In this document: positions 52,013-63,760 of the stretch, one piece after another | How the letters are laid out: the number at the start of each line of letters is the position of its first letter | Numbering within the stretch: the stretch's first letter is position 1 | Assembly: GCA_030390025.1 (NCBI GenBank) | Contig: CM059446.1 | Coordinates: 38,378,001 to 38,442,000 of the forward strand | From: Squalus acanthias | Taxonomy: Eukaryota | DNA length: 64,000 bases | Direction of reading: 5' to 3' | Program-made: the position numbers and the translations under genes | Notes under the pieces: model-generated | The model's input: the letters and a program-made list of their open reading frames with translations, nothing else | The model's database searches: none | What the model was told of the DNA's origin: nothing

Positions 52013-53469
52013 ATTGGTTTTGTTCCCCATCTAAAATATATAAAAGGACATTAGGAAAAAAAATCTTGTTTGTTAAGGATTTTTCTGACCTTGTTAAAGA
52101 TAATGATGAGATAACCCTGCAGCATTAGAAAGGGGGATAAAAATGAAAAGTGAGTTCTTAACTTAAACTGCTGTATAGTCAATTTTGAACAAGAAAAATT
52201 CTAATTATCACCACCGCACGACAAGTGGATGGTGGAGAGGAGATTCGATGTCTGCAGTGTAAAAGTATTGTGTAGATACTATAGTATTTCTGTTCTTTGG
52301 TTTAAATATAATAGCTTCGAAAATCAAAAAAGCAGCCAATGTATGAAGGGTTCCTCATCAATTCATAACTATTACAATGTGTTACCTTGAAACTATGTGT
52401 AAGATGGATACGTTATTTATAAAATGATTGTAAGATGTCTGTGATACATTAAAGGAAAAGGAAAATGAATGATCTAGTGCAGATAATACATATAAAGTGA
52501 AATTGTTGTGTATTATTACATTGAATGTACTACATAAATGCACATAGTTGTTGTATTAGATTGAGGCCAAAAAACATGTGCTATTAACCAAACTTGTACA
52601 GTGTTTAGTGGGAAGAGAGCTTTCCTTGCATCACTGTACTTAATAAATCCAAAACAAAGTGCAAGTTATTTATTCAGTCAACTGCAATTTATATGCCCAT
52701 TAAGTGTGTACTTTTTAAAGCTGGAAGATGGTAATTTTCCACTAAATGTACCACTTTGCAGACAAGCTGTCAAATTGGTTTTACATTCGGACTTCTTAAT
52801 ACCTTTTTTATTTCCTAACCTTCAGCCAAGCTAAATATCACTCTCCAAGATTCAGAACCTGCCCAAGCTGCCCATTATTATTGTAAACCAATGTGGGTCT
52901 GGTTCCCTCCCTTGCTCAGCCACATGCAAGTCAATCCTTGCATAGGATCTATGCATCTGCATTCAATGCGGTGCTTTCCACAACATCTTCCATTTGCAAG
53001 GATAATAATTGTCTCATAGTTGGCACAAGACATATAAGTGAATTCATACAGTTGACTGTGTGAGCAATTAAAACCTGTGCAGACAATGTCCTAAATTGTG
53101 ATCAAATGTCTGTAAAACTTGTATTGCTCAGGAGAGCAAAGGTACAAGCACGAACAGTAGAATGAACTGAACCAATGTAGAAAGAGATCAGCAATAATAA
53201 TGAGAAGACAACTACAGTCTACTCCTGATAACTCAACAGCATCCTTTTCCGCTGAAGAATTTGAATTATCCAATGAGTAATTAAGCAGTGTAAATAACAG
53301 TTATTTAAAAATTGTCGTGGCCTTGCTAAAGACAATGAGGAGAAAATCCTGCAGCATTCAAAAGAGGGGTATAAACAAGTGGGAATTTAGTGCTAAAACA
53401 TTTTGAATTATCAGATAATTTGAATAAAGCAACTTTAAATTTAGAGAAGTAAAGCCAAAAGAATGGTGA

Positions 53470-53575
53470 ACTAGATAGCCAAATAAAATGCAAGTTAAAG
53501 GAAGTCCTGATCAAACTGTGCCGTGTTCTGATCAGGCAGCACCTTGAGTACTGTGTCCAGTGCTGGTTGCCGAGA
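53470..53575 (+). mobile_element. Short old CR1 RT fragment
   Basis: EVLIKLCRVLIRQHLEYCVQCWLP, similar to the CR1 motif LY..LVRPHLEYCVQFWSP. Confidence 0.6.
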
Positions 53576-53590
53576 AGCTTTGGAAACAAT

Positions 53591-55360
53591 GGGCTGGATG
53601 TTGCGGGGGTCAGCAGGCATGATCGGTGGCTGGTCAGGTGGTAAAGTGTTATTTTTCCCCCAGCAGGTTCGGACCCCGCTGTGAACCCGCCGCCACGCGC
53701 CTTTACCAAATGTCGGGTCTGTCAGCGCTGAGCAGACCCGACATGCAGCGGCAGGGGAGGCAACTAAAATAATTAGTGGCTTGTTTATTGCCACTTAACA
53801 CTGGTTTTCTCCCAGCTTTTTGAATTTGGCAGGTTGCCCACCAGTTTCCTGCTGTGCCTGGACCTCATCTGTGAAGCTGAGGCAGGAGGTCAGTGGCCAT
53901 TGAATCAGCTGATGAGTTGACAACTTCAAATGTCAAGTCAAAGCTCCCATCTGATTGAGAAGTGTTCCCTTAACCACTAGCTTCTCTAAACTGCATTTCC
54001 ACTACAGATTCAGAATGCTGCAAGTCTTTACACAAGTTTTCATCCAGTCTGATCTCATTACCTCTCCTACCATTGACAGATATCTTCTGTCATCTCTACT
54101 TCACCTGCCATCTATTCCATCAGCAGGGGTGCCATTGAAACTCTTTCACCTTGGTCCTCAGAATCCCACCACGGTCAGCCCCAGCACCAGCATCACCAGG
54201 CACACCAGCATCACCAGGCACACCAACAGCACCAACAACAACACCAACCTTCTCCGCAATCAACTAATGCTGCACAGGACACAGGGCATCCCGACCACAT
54301 TGCTGCCCGGGAGGCCAGAGATGGCCAACCATTTACTTCACTTGATGCTGTACACCCTGGCTGCCACATGATGCACCAGGTTGGCACCACCCCACACCAA
54401 CACCATAAAGCATCCCTACAATGCCCAAGCCATTCCTTTCACACTCATCACTATTGCGGGGGGTACCGTTATGTCTCACCATTCACTGCAACTCACCAAG
54501 CCACTTCCAAAGGTGCACACAAATCTGTCCAAGAACGCAAAGTGTTGAAAATAAAGGTTTCAATGTTTGACACCACATTAACAGAAACTTTACATGAACA
54601 TTGGATAAAACACTCAAGTGCCCACACTTGTGTGTTGTTAGTTGGTATTATTGCATGAGGATGAGTGTGAGGGGTGGCTAGTGAGATGGGGATGCGATAA
54701 TGTAAATAGAGAGGGATGGGTGTAGGTCCAAGGTAAGTTGGTGTGAGTAAGGATGTGCAGGAGTAGGGTAGGGAAGGCAGAGTGATGGGGATGTGATGAG
54801 AGGCACAGCAGGATGAGGTTGAGTGTGGCTTTGTACTAACGTTTCGTGATCTACTGAGATCATTGAAACATTTGCAGCACTGCACCCAGGTCATCCTGAC
54901 CACATCCCTGCTTGTGCCCTCCTCTGCAATGTGCAACCAGGCTGTGTTGATCTCCTAGGGAGGTCTTCTCCGCCCATGGGAAAGGAAGAGGACCTCCCTG
55001 TGTGCTGTGACTCCCTCCATAAATATATGGAGGGAGTCATGGGAGAGCCTGGGTGCAGCCCTGCACCTCTGTGCAGTGCTTGTCAGTGTTTGCAGCACCT
55101 CAATGCTGCAGAACACCGACAGCACAAATGTCAAATTAAAGTTGGCCATGGTCCCTTTAAGGAAACCGGCTGATGACGTGTCATCAAATGATGTCACCAG
55201 ACCCGCTTCCTCTAATTGGCTGGGAAACATGCTGGGTGGGCTTAACAAGCCCAATCAAGGTAAACTCATTCCATACAGCGGGCTGGAGCGAGCAGCAGGA
55301 CCGGGACCCGCCACCGACGTCGCCCGCAACGGACCCGCCGAGGTTTGTAAAATCCAGCCC
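53591..55360. mobile_element. Internally deleted PIF/Harbinger DNA transposon
   Basis: TIRs GGGCTGGATGTT / AAAATCCAGCCC; 3-bp TSD AAT at 53588-53590 and 55361-55363; internal Myb/SANT remnant. Confidence 0.85.
54840..55070 (-). pseudogene. Harbinger Myb/SANT-like DNA-binding ORF remnant
   Basis: The in-frame join of two track ORFs across one stop reads RAAPRLSHDSLHIFMEGVTAHREVLFLSHGRRRPP*EINTAWLHIAEEGTSRDVVRMTWVQCCKCFNDLSRSRN, the Myb_DNA-bind/MSANTD pattern. Confidence 0.75.
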
Positions 55361-55371
55361 AATGCAGTGAA

Positions 55372-55797
55372 AAAGAAAGACTTGCATTTATATAGTGCCT
55401 TTCATAACCCCAGGATGTCCCAAAGTGCTTTATTTTTGAAGCACCGTCACTGTTGCAACGTAGCAGCCAATTTGCGCACAGCAAGTTCCCACAGCAATGA
55501 TCAGATAATCTGTTTTTAGTTGTTGGTTGAGGGATAAATATTGGCCAGGTCACCAGGGAAAACTCCCTGCTCTTCTTCAAAATAGTGCCATGGGATCTTT
55601 TACATCTACACGAGAGGGCAGGCAGGACCTCGGTTTAATGTCTCATCCAAAAGACGGCACTTCTGACAGTGTAGCACTCCCTCAGCACTGCACTGGCGTG
55701 TCAGCCTAGATTATGTGCTCAAGCCCCTGCAGTGCGGACTTGAACTCACAACCTTCTGACGAAGAGGTGAGAGTGCTCCCACTGAGCCACGGCTGAC
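55372..55797 (-). mobile_element. DeuSINE (SacSINE1-like), near full length
   Basis: Head GTCAGCCGTGGCTCAGTGG..GAGTTCAAGTCC, Deu domain, tail GAAAGGCACTATATAAATGCAAGTCTTTC. Confidence 0.88.
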
Positions 55798-56606
55798 CCA
55801 AGTCCACGTATACGATGTACACGTATTGCACACTCCACACCTTTATTACCAAATTTGTCAGTTATAGTAATTAAGTGGCTATTGAACTGTTTTAGAAATG
55901 TCAATGAGGCATTGTTACAAGTGTGTCATGATTGGCCGGTTTGTCGGACTAACAAAGTCAAGTTTCACAAAATCCCATACAAGAAAATAGCACTCAGCTG
56001 TCATTTGTTAAATTCTACTAAAAAAAACCTTTCTCCAAAAATAGGGGAAACTATGGTCCTTACAGTTACAGCCCTGATCTGCAGCCAATAGAGTATTTGG
56101 ATAAAAGTGAACAGGCTTGATATTTGAGAAGGAAGGTCTAGTTTTTCATGAAGTAACTATTTATCCAAGTTTAATAAGAACCGTTTTTCTATTACACTGT
56201 TTAATGTTGCTTAAATAATTTTGCAACAGGTTTGTATCATCACATATTACTAATGTGTATCAAATTGAAAGATGTAAAATAACTTAAAAATCACTTGCTA
56301 GCTTTCTTCCAACAAACAAAACCTGGTCGCTATTATGGGAGCTGTTATAAGAGCAGGATATCTTACCCCAGAGTATCAGTTTAACTTCAACATTTATGAA
56401 TGGACTTTCTTGATGAATGGCTTCGTGGAGATGGGAGGAGTTTCCCTTTTATGACTCAAAGTCTGAAGTAATCTTATAAAATTCTAGACTGTGAACTGGG
56501 CCACATGACATCAGCAGGGAATCAAACAGCTAAAGATTGTTCACTGGTCAGCTTTGGTGAGTGTGTTACTTGGCCCCAACTACTACATGTTATTGTTCTT
56601 CTGTAC

Positions 56607-57023
56607 AAAGAAAGAACGTATATGGTTAAGATGTCCCAAAGTGCTGCACGTGAATTATCTTTGGAAGCGTAGTCACTGTTGTTATGTAGGCAAACAGAGC
56701 CGCATGCACAGCAAGATCCCACAAACAGCAAATTACCTCTTAGTCTGGTTTGTGGTATTCGTTGTTTGAGGGAGTAATGCTGATCAAGGCACTTCTCTTT
56801 TTTTTAAATAGTGCCATTGAATTGTTAATGCCCACCTGAACAGACAGTCCAGGCCTTGGTTTATTAACTTAGTTGAAAGACAGCACCTCAGCTAACGCAG
56901 CACTCCCTCAGTACTGCACTGCAAGTGTCAGCCTATATTATGTGGTAAAGTCCTGGGGTGGGGCTTGAACCCAGAACCTTTTATCTCAGAGGTCAGAGTG
57001 CAACCAATTAAGCTTCACTGGCA
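56607..57023 (-). mobile_element. Older, diverged DeuSINE
   Basis: GGTTCAAGCCCC B box, GCTGACACTTGCAGTGCAGTACTGAGGGAGTGCTGC, TTTGTGGGATCTTGCTGTGC. Confidence 0.75.
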
Positions 57024-57742
57024 CATTTTTCTCCAGATGCTACATTTTGTAATAAACAAATATTTCCTCATCCGTTTAATACCGACAATTTTAAGAACAT
57101 TCTCAGCATTCAGTCACAAAAATACATGCAGCACATTATTAAAGAAACAAATGTGGCTGCCATACAACATTTTGGCACAATGTAAAACATATCTAGTCCT
57201 GGAGCATAAATAGCAAAGATATTATATGATAAATATATCCTGAAAGCCTTTGGTTTCAATGTCAAGTCTTCCATTCAAACACTGGGAGCTTCCCATATCT
57301 TTTTGCTCAAGCAAACTGTGACAGCCGCAAACTTTCCATAACCACAATATAACCACGATCATCCTAAAGCAAAGCAACAGCAAATTTTATATTGCTACCC
57401 TACAAAAAAAAGCAATCCTCCAAGAGTTTGCTGAGAGGCTGAAACAGCATAAAACCCCAGTTGTGCTGACCCCCTCTCAGTGTGTCACAGAGAGTTGCGA
57501 TGATACCACTCGCTTTTGAGTTTTAGGAGTGAAGATCTCTGTACGTGAGCAATTAAATGATACAGAGGTCTGCTCCAACTGCCAGCACAATTTTCAACAG
57601 TAGGGAAGAGCTGCTGTGATTATTCATCATTTGAAATTGAAATGTAGTACAATGGTCTGGCAGATTTCTATTTATTTAAATTTAGAAAGCTGAATGAGCA
57701 TTGACTGTTGTTATACTTCAACTGACACAACAGACATGGGAT

Positions 57743-58094
57743 ATAGAATCATAGAATGGTTACAGCACAGAAGGAGGCAATTCGGCCTGTCGAGCCCATG
57801 CCGGCTCTCTGCAAGAGCACTTCAGCTAGTCCCAATCCCCCGCCCTTTCCCCGTAGCCCTGCAATTTTTTTTCCTTCAGCTACTTATCCAATTCCCTTTT
57901 GAAAGCCACGATTGAATCTGCCTCCACCACCCTCTCAGGCAGTGCATTCCAGATCCTAACCACTCATTGCATAAAAAAGTTTTCCCTCATGTCGCCTTTG
58001 GTTCTTCTGCCAATCACCTTAAATCTGTCTCCTCTGGTTCTCAACCCTTCCGCCAATGGGAACAGTTTCTCTCTATCTACTCTGTCTAGACCCT
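57743..58094 (-). mobile_element. CR1 LINE 3' fragment
   Basis: (ATTCTATG)n tail; minus strand DREKLFPLAEGLRTRGDRFKVIGRRTKGDMRENFFMQ*VVRIWNALP. Confidence 0.88.
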
Positions 58095-59177
58095 TTGAGA
58101 TCACCTTTGACAGGTGCCTCTCTTCTGGTGTCAAGTTGCCAATATTATGCTATATATTTGGTGATAATGTGACCTCACTAATGTCAACGTGCACTATGAT
58201 TAGGACTTAAAAATGTTAAAGTGAGTGTTTTGATAGTCACATTCACAGTAACCATTGGGGTTGAAGTGTGTTACTTGGAAGCATTAATTAAGTGCTCCTG
58301 ATTAATTATAAACTACAATTGTGCTGTTCAACCAATTTTAAATAGTAAATAGTGCCACACCCCAGAACTCATTACAACCCAACAATCATTTTCTAAACCT
58401 ATAAGCACTTTCCTGGAGTTGTGTCCCTCACTATCTTCTAATGTTGTGAGATCCCATTCTATCTGCTGGGTTTTTGGATTGCGTGTTTGAGACTTGTATC
58501 TTGCTCTAGCAATTCCTGCACCTGCTCTATCAGGAGCAATGCACCATTGATAAGATTGGTGCAAGTTATCAAAAATAACATCTTCTTTTCAGTTGTAAGA
58601 GCCAAAAGTAAATTGTGACTTTTATCTGAATGACGTTTCCTTGTTTTAAGTTTCTGGTAACTGATTAAATGTGTTGCTCTTCAGAAGCATTGGTGAGATA
58701 ACTGTTCAAGTAGGAGATGGGTAAATAATCCCTCCAATTTGCTCACCTCACTTGGGTGAATTTTGTTTCCTTCTATGCCAGGCCACTGACTGGGTCTCTA
58801 TATGTATACCGCCAATGGGGAAAAAATAATGGAGAGCAGCTTCTATACCATAAACAACCAGGGATCTTAAGTAGGAAAAATCTTCCTTGGACACAGAAAA
58901 TATGTTAGAACAGTGCTTTTATTTTGCTACAAGCTCACAGGAATGCATTACTTTGAAAAGTGATACTCTTGCAAGATTGATGTCGCTGGAACGCACATGC
59001 AACTGATAAGCAACTAGAAGGCACCTGTAATAATGCTGCTGAGCCACTCTTAGGCTTCAAACAAGCCACTTCATCAGTATTAAACACTTATGGTTTGCAA
59101 CTCCATCTGTGAAGTGCACAACAGTGTTCAATGGAGCAGATGAAGATCTGGTGAAGAGGCCTGCAGGTTTTTTTAAA

Positions 59178-59458
59178 CACATACATAGAATGTACATCAC
59201 AAAAACAGGCCATTCGTCCCATCCTATGCCAGTATTTATGCTCCACACAAGTCTCCTCTCACTCCTCTTCATCTAACCCTATCAGTATAACCTTCTATTC
59301 CTTTCTCCCACATGTGTTTATCTAGCTTCCCCTTAAATGCATCTATGCTATTCGCCTCAACTGCTCCTTGTGGTAGCGAGTTCCACGTTCTAACCACTCT
59401 CTGGGTAAAGAAGTTTCTCCTGAATTCCCTATTGTATTTATTAGTAACTATCTTATAT
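59178..59458 (-). mobile_element. CR1 LINE 3' fragment
   Basis: acatagaatgtac tail; minus strand REFRRNFFTQRVVRTWNSLPQGAVEANSIDAFKGKLDK. Confidence 0.85.
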
Positions 59459-59834
59459 CTTTTCCGTCTAACTCACAATGGGATGGTGAAATGCCATCTT
59501 TGAGGCACCCCCACCAACAGTACAGAGCATTCACAGGTGTTGGAGAATATAATAGAAAGGGTCACTGTGGTGTTATCCATGCACTGGTCTGTCAGGAAGT
59601 GCACAAAAGCTCTCTGACCGTAACCAATGTGTAAAGGTAAGCAATTAACATTGTAAAGTATTAGATCAAGGCACGAAAGCAGGTTATATGACTAGCAATT
59701 GCATGAAAAATGACTAAAATACAAATTCAGGCCCTCATGTTTTAGAAGTGCAACTAGCAAAGACAGGTATTGTACCATCCATGATGTTACATTTGCTACA
59801 GGAACACATTATCAGTGCACAATAAATTTCAAAT

Positions 59835-59925
59835 GTGAGAAGTCGCACAACACCAGGTTATAGTCCAACAGTTTTATTTGAAATCACAAGCTTTCGGAGC
59901 GCTGCATCTCCACATCATGGCTACT
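59835..59925. mobile_element. 91-bp insertion, probable Penelope-like element fragment
   Basis: Flanked by a perfect 14-bp direct repeat AATAAATTTCAAAT (59821-59834, 59926-59939). Interior CACAACACCAGGTTATAGTCCAACAG..GCTTTCGGAGCGCTGC resembles a shark Penelope-like terminal repeat (recall). Confidence 0.6.
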
Positions 59926-59948
59926 AATAAATTTCAAATCAACACATT

Positions 59949-60134
59949 GGGGGTAATTTTGACTTTGTGTGATAGCGTAAAATGGGTGATAGCAAATCGG
60001 TAGCCCGTGCTACCTCTCTCCCAATTTTTATTTCTGTTGACTTCAATGGATATGAAAATCGGGAGAGATGTAAAATGGGCTGCCGACTCGCTGTAACCCG
60101 GGTTACACTATCGTACAAAGTCAAAAGGACACCC
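59949..60134. mobile_element. Palindromic PIF/Harbinger-type MITE
   Basis: Imperfect inverted repeat over the whole 186 bp, centred on TTGACTTCAA. Termini GGGGGTAATTTTGACTTTGT / ACAAAGTCAAAAGGACACCC. TSD ATT on both sides. Confidence 0.85.
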
Positions 60135-60369
60135 ATTCTGATTTTATTAAAGCTGGGTTGAGGATATAGCGGGAACAATAAATTTTGTTCATAAGTTGTC
60201 CTGTTGTTGCCTCAACTCCAGCCAATTGCATCCTACTTTTATCCCACCAGAATCGTTCTGTGGAATTATGGGTCTCTGTGTAACTGTCAAATGACTGTAA
60301 CTACTGCCACAGTACAACATGCATTTTAACCACTGCTCATTCTGCTCGATCTTACTCTGATAACGCTAC

Positions 60370-60630
60370 GAAGGGCATGGCAAAACAGATGAGCTTTAAA
60401 GGAGGCTTTTGAAGGCAGGGAAGGAGATAGGAAAGGAAAATGGTTTCGGGAAAGAATTGCAGAGTTCGGGAGCATGGCAGTTGAAAGATTGTCCTCGGAC
60501 TTGGAGAAGCAGGAATAACTCAAAGAGTCCAGGGACGGAGGGTGCAGGTGGGGATGTAGAGAGGAGCAATCAAGGTGTGGGGGGCTATGGAGGGATTTAA
60601 AAATGAGGATGAGGATCTTTAAAGTTTTGC
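60370..60630 (-). mobile_element. Old L2 3' fragment
   Basis: Minus strand LKILILIFKSLH and FKAHLFCHAL remnants, resembling the other L2 copies. Confidence 0.6.
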
Positions 60631-60679
60631 TGAGCCACTGGAGTTTGGCAGAAATACAAATAAGTTTAAAATTAACCAG

Positions 60680-60845
60680 TCTCAAGACTAAAGGTGAGAA
60701 GAAACATTTTCCCGCACAAAGTAGCAGTTACGTGGAATAGATTCCCAGAGAAAGTGGTCAATGTAGAGATGATTAACTTATTTGAAAGGGAGATGGATAT
60801 GTTTCTGGTTAGGATTAGGATTGGTGATTATAGGGATAAGTATAG
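60680..60845 (+). mobile_element. Old CR1 C-terminal fragment
   Basis: RRNIFPHKVAVTWNRFPEKVVNVEMINLFEREMDMFL, similar to the CR1 motif RRNFF..RVV..WN.LP..VV. Confidence 0.65.
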
Positions 60846-61514
60846 ACTGAGATCATCAAATATTCCACAGAGCATAATAGTCCCTGTGTTATGTGGCAGA
60901 AGAGGAATGTTGCCTGGAGGCCAGGGTTGCCTAGTGGTGGTATAATGATGCATAAGTATTGGGTAGTTTATTTGACCAGAGAGACTTTCTGTCAGAAGAT
61001 TAAATAGGTGGGGTCGAGTCCACGATAGGGTATATTGAGCATCATCTGTGGAAAGTGTGGGTTATATGGGCTGATTGTTCTATGCTTTCTTATGTGTGTA
61101 TATGTGTGTCTCTGTGTATGTGCATGTGTCAGTGTATGTACATGTATGGGGAGGGTGTAACCTCATAGTCAGGAGTTACTTCCAGTTGGAACTACATCTG
61201 AGGAAGGGGTTTGTAAACTTTCCACGAGAACTTTCTAGCTGCATGACTTATTTAATGTTCTCCATTTCCTATTTAGTGCAGTAGTTAGCATCTTGGATTC
61301 AATTAGTAATTAGCACCTCCAACCCTCACTAAGTTGCATAGTCCAAGTGATCTGCTGGACTGGTATTTAAACACCTGAGGAGGTCGGAGAGAAATTTTCC
61401 AGAGTTATTTTTTCCTTTATTGGCTCTGATCTTTAAAAAAAATGTTTTTTTGTCGCTCCCGGGGTTGGGGGCGGGGGGTGAGGTGGGGGGCGGGGGGGGG
61501 GGGGGGAGGCAGGG

Positions 61515-61616
61515 TAGTAGGAAGTGTCTAGACATGATGCTCCTGGCATCATGAGTGTGGGGTAGGCTTGATGGACTAGCTGGTCTTTTCCGGCCTGTCA
61601 TTTTTGTATGTTCGTA
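61515..61616 (+). mobile_element. Probable CR1-type 3' tail
   Basis: GGCTTGATGGACTAGCTGGTCTTTTCC...TTTTGTATGTTCGTA terminus. Confidence 0.45.
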
Positions 61617-61946
61617 AATCAGAATACAAGATAAGATGTTATTCTCTCCACTTAGTGTATCACCTAGTACCCCTGACCTGTGAAACAGCAATGCCCCGGG
61701 ACACTGTGATTGCATGGTCATGGACTCTGCTGTGGAGATCAGGTCTAGCTGGACCATTATCTCCTGGCCCTGCAGTCTCTACCTTAACATAAGTTTAGTA
61801 GCAGATCTGCCTCACAGACCAACATCAGATTTAGAGGAGCACAGAATGAAAAATTAAACAGCATCTATTTACCGAGGTACTTTTATTTGTTATTTAAAAT
61901 GGCACCAGCACTTTCTGGAGAAAGTCCACCTGAATTTGCACTTTAT

Positions 61947-62674
61947 GGGGATAAAATTCGGTGGTGCCCCCTTTGGGGCGCTAACGTCGCCGGGGCGCTA
62001 ATTTTAGCGCCCTGAAAAAGTTAGCACTCCTGCGCCATAAATTCAGTAGTAGCGCCCCAAGCAGGAGGCGGGGTGTTACTGGAAGCACTCGCCCTCCTTC
62101 TTGGGGTGCTACCAGTGAATTTCGTGGCGCTACGTGCAACAGCGCCACGCGCGTCGGCACGTAGCGCCGCGTCATTGCCGGCCTCCCTCCCCTGATTAAG
62201 GGGGAGGGCCCTTGCGCTGTGCGCACCGGGGCCCTGCTGGACCACCGGGGAGTGGGGTGCCGGGAAAACAGCCCGGCACTCAAGAGGAGTGCCAGGCTGA
62301 GCGATCGCGGCCGGCCCCCCGAAGAAAAAACGGGAAGGGGGCAGGTGCTGGCAGTCGGCCAAATAAAAATGGCCGTCCAACACCTGCCCTTTAAGTAGTG
62401 CTGCCGCGGCTGCAAAAACGCCACCCTGATCCTGTCGGACATATCGTCCGGCGATAGGTCAGGGGGCGCAACCCAAGTTTGCGACTAGGGCACTGCGCAC
62501 GGCGATGATGTCATCGCCGGTGGCACAGCATCGTGGGGTGCTACCGGCTACCGCCGCCGCTAACCTCCCGCTGAATTTCACGGAAGGTGTTAGCGGCGGC
62601 GCGCCTGGGCGCTAGGGGCTTTGTGCCTCCCGGGGGCGCTAACAGGAGGCACAAAGCAACCCAATTTTTCCCCC
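61947..62674. mobile_element. CpG-rich non-autonomous Harbinger-like element
   Basis: TIRs GGGGATAAAATT / AATTTTTCCCCC; flanks TAT and TAC (imperfect 3-bp TSD); repeated subterminal GGCGCTA/TAGCGCC. Confidence 0.72.
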
Positions 62675-63461
62675 TACAGGTCTTCAGAGGGGCACAAATA
62701 CAATGGAGACCATGATGCTCCATCTGAGCCAAAAACAAGCCATGGATTCCCCAGCAGTAAATGACTGACATTGCAGTGAGCTCGTGTGTTCTGGATTTTC
62801 AGAATGATGGAAGTTGCAGGTAGATTTATGGAGGAGCCATTTTCTGTTACACAATGACCGATTGAAAAATCTCTACTAGCCTAAAAACTATCTTCTTCCC
62901 AAAGTTCGCCGCATCTGAACTGATTAAAAAGTATCTTAAATATTAAATCTGAGAGAAAAGTACACAAGAATTTAGTAAGACCATTAATACTCGCAAGCGG
63001 CGCGAAGACTGGTTCTTCCCAGGAAACATAAACAAACCAACTGCTCGCACTCAAACCACACGAGGTAAGTGCACGAGAGGAAATGTCTACCTGCACTGCC
63101 CTTTACATAATAAACGTGCAGGTTAGGGTTCATTCCCCAATGGTATACTCATGGAGTTCACCCACGCATTCTGCATGTGAACCCTGGAATCAGGTAGGTA
63201 GGGCCCAGCACCAGCATTACTGCGATCACCAGTCCGTGATCAGGCACAGAATTTTGGAGGGGATTGCACGATACCCTAACAGCAGCCACGATACTTTCAT
63301 TTTGCGTCAATCAACTGTGTCAGCACTGTTTCAGGGAGCAGGCAGAATGAACAGACGCCAATTAGGGCACAAGAGCTCCCCTTTGGAGCCCTCGCTATTA
63401 ACACCCAAACAGAGGTAGTAAAGAAATGAAATTAAGCTCATGCCTCCACTTGAAATCTTTC

Positions 63462-63760
63462 ATTTAATTCATTCTGAGGATCTGAGCGTCGCTGGCAAGG
63501 CCTGCATTTATTGCCCATCCCTAGTTGTCCTTGAGAAGGTGGTGGTGAGCCTTCTTCTTGAACCGCTGCAGTCCATGTGATGAAGGTGCTCCCACAGCGC
63601 TGTTCGGTAGCAAGATCTGGGATTTTATCCTAGCAACTATGAAGAAACGGCGATATATGTCCAAGTCGGTATGGTGAGTGACTTTGAGGTGATAGTGTTC
63701 CCATGCATCTGCTGCCCTTGTACTTCTGGATGGTGGAGGTTGTGGGTTTGGGAACATATT
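63462..63760 (-). mobile_element. Non-LTR retrotransposon 3' end (CR1/L2 supergroup)
   Basis: FIVARIKSQILLPNSAVGAPSSHGLQRFKKKAHHHLLKDN*, then GGGCAATAAATGCAGGCCTTGCCAGCGACG and a GAAT-type tail. Confidence 0.75.

Noticed and set aside
53955-55519. ORFs of 96-170 aa in the Harbinger interior as a host gene or transposase
   Set aside because: No DDE motifs seen; only the minus-strand Myb remnant is supportable.
61981-62771. GC-rich ORFs or a second gene promoter
   Set aside because: They lie in or overlap a TIR-bounded element; the open frames follow from GC content.
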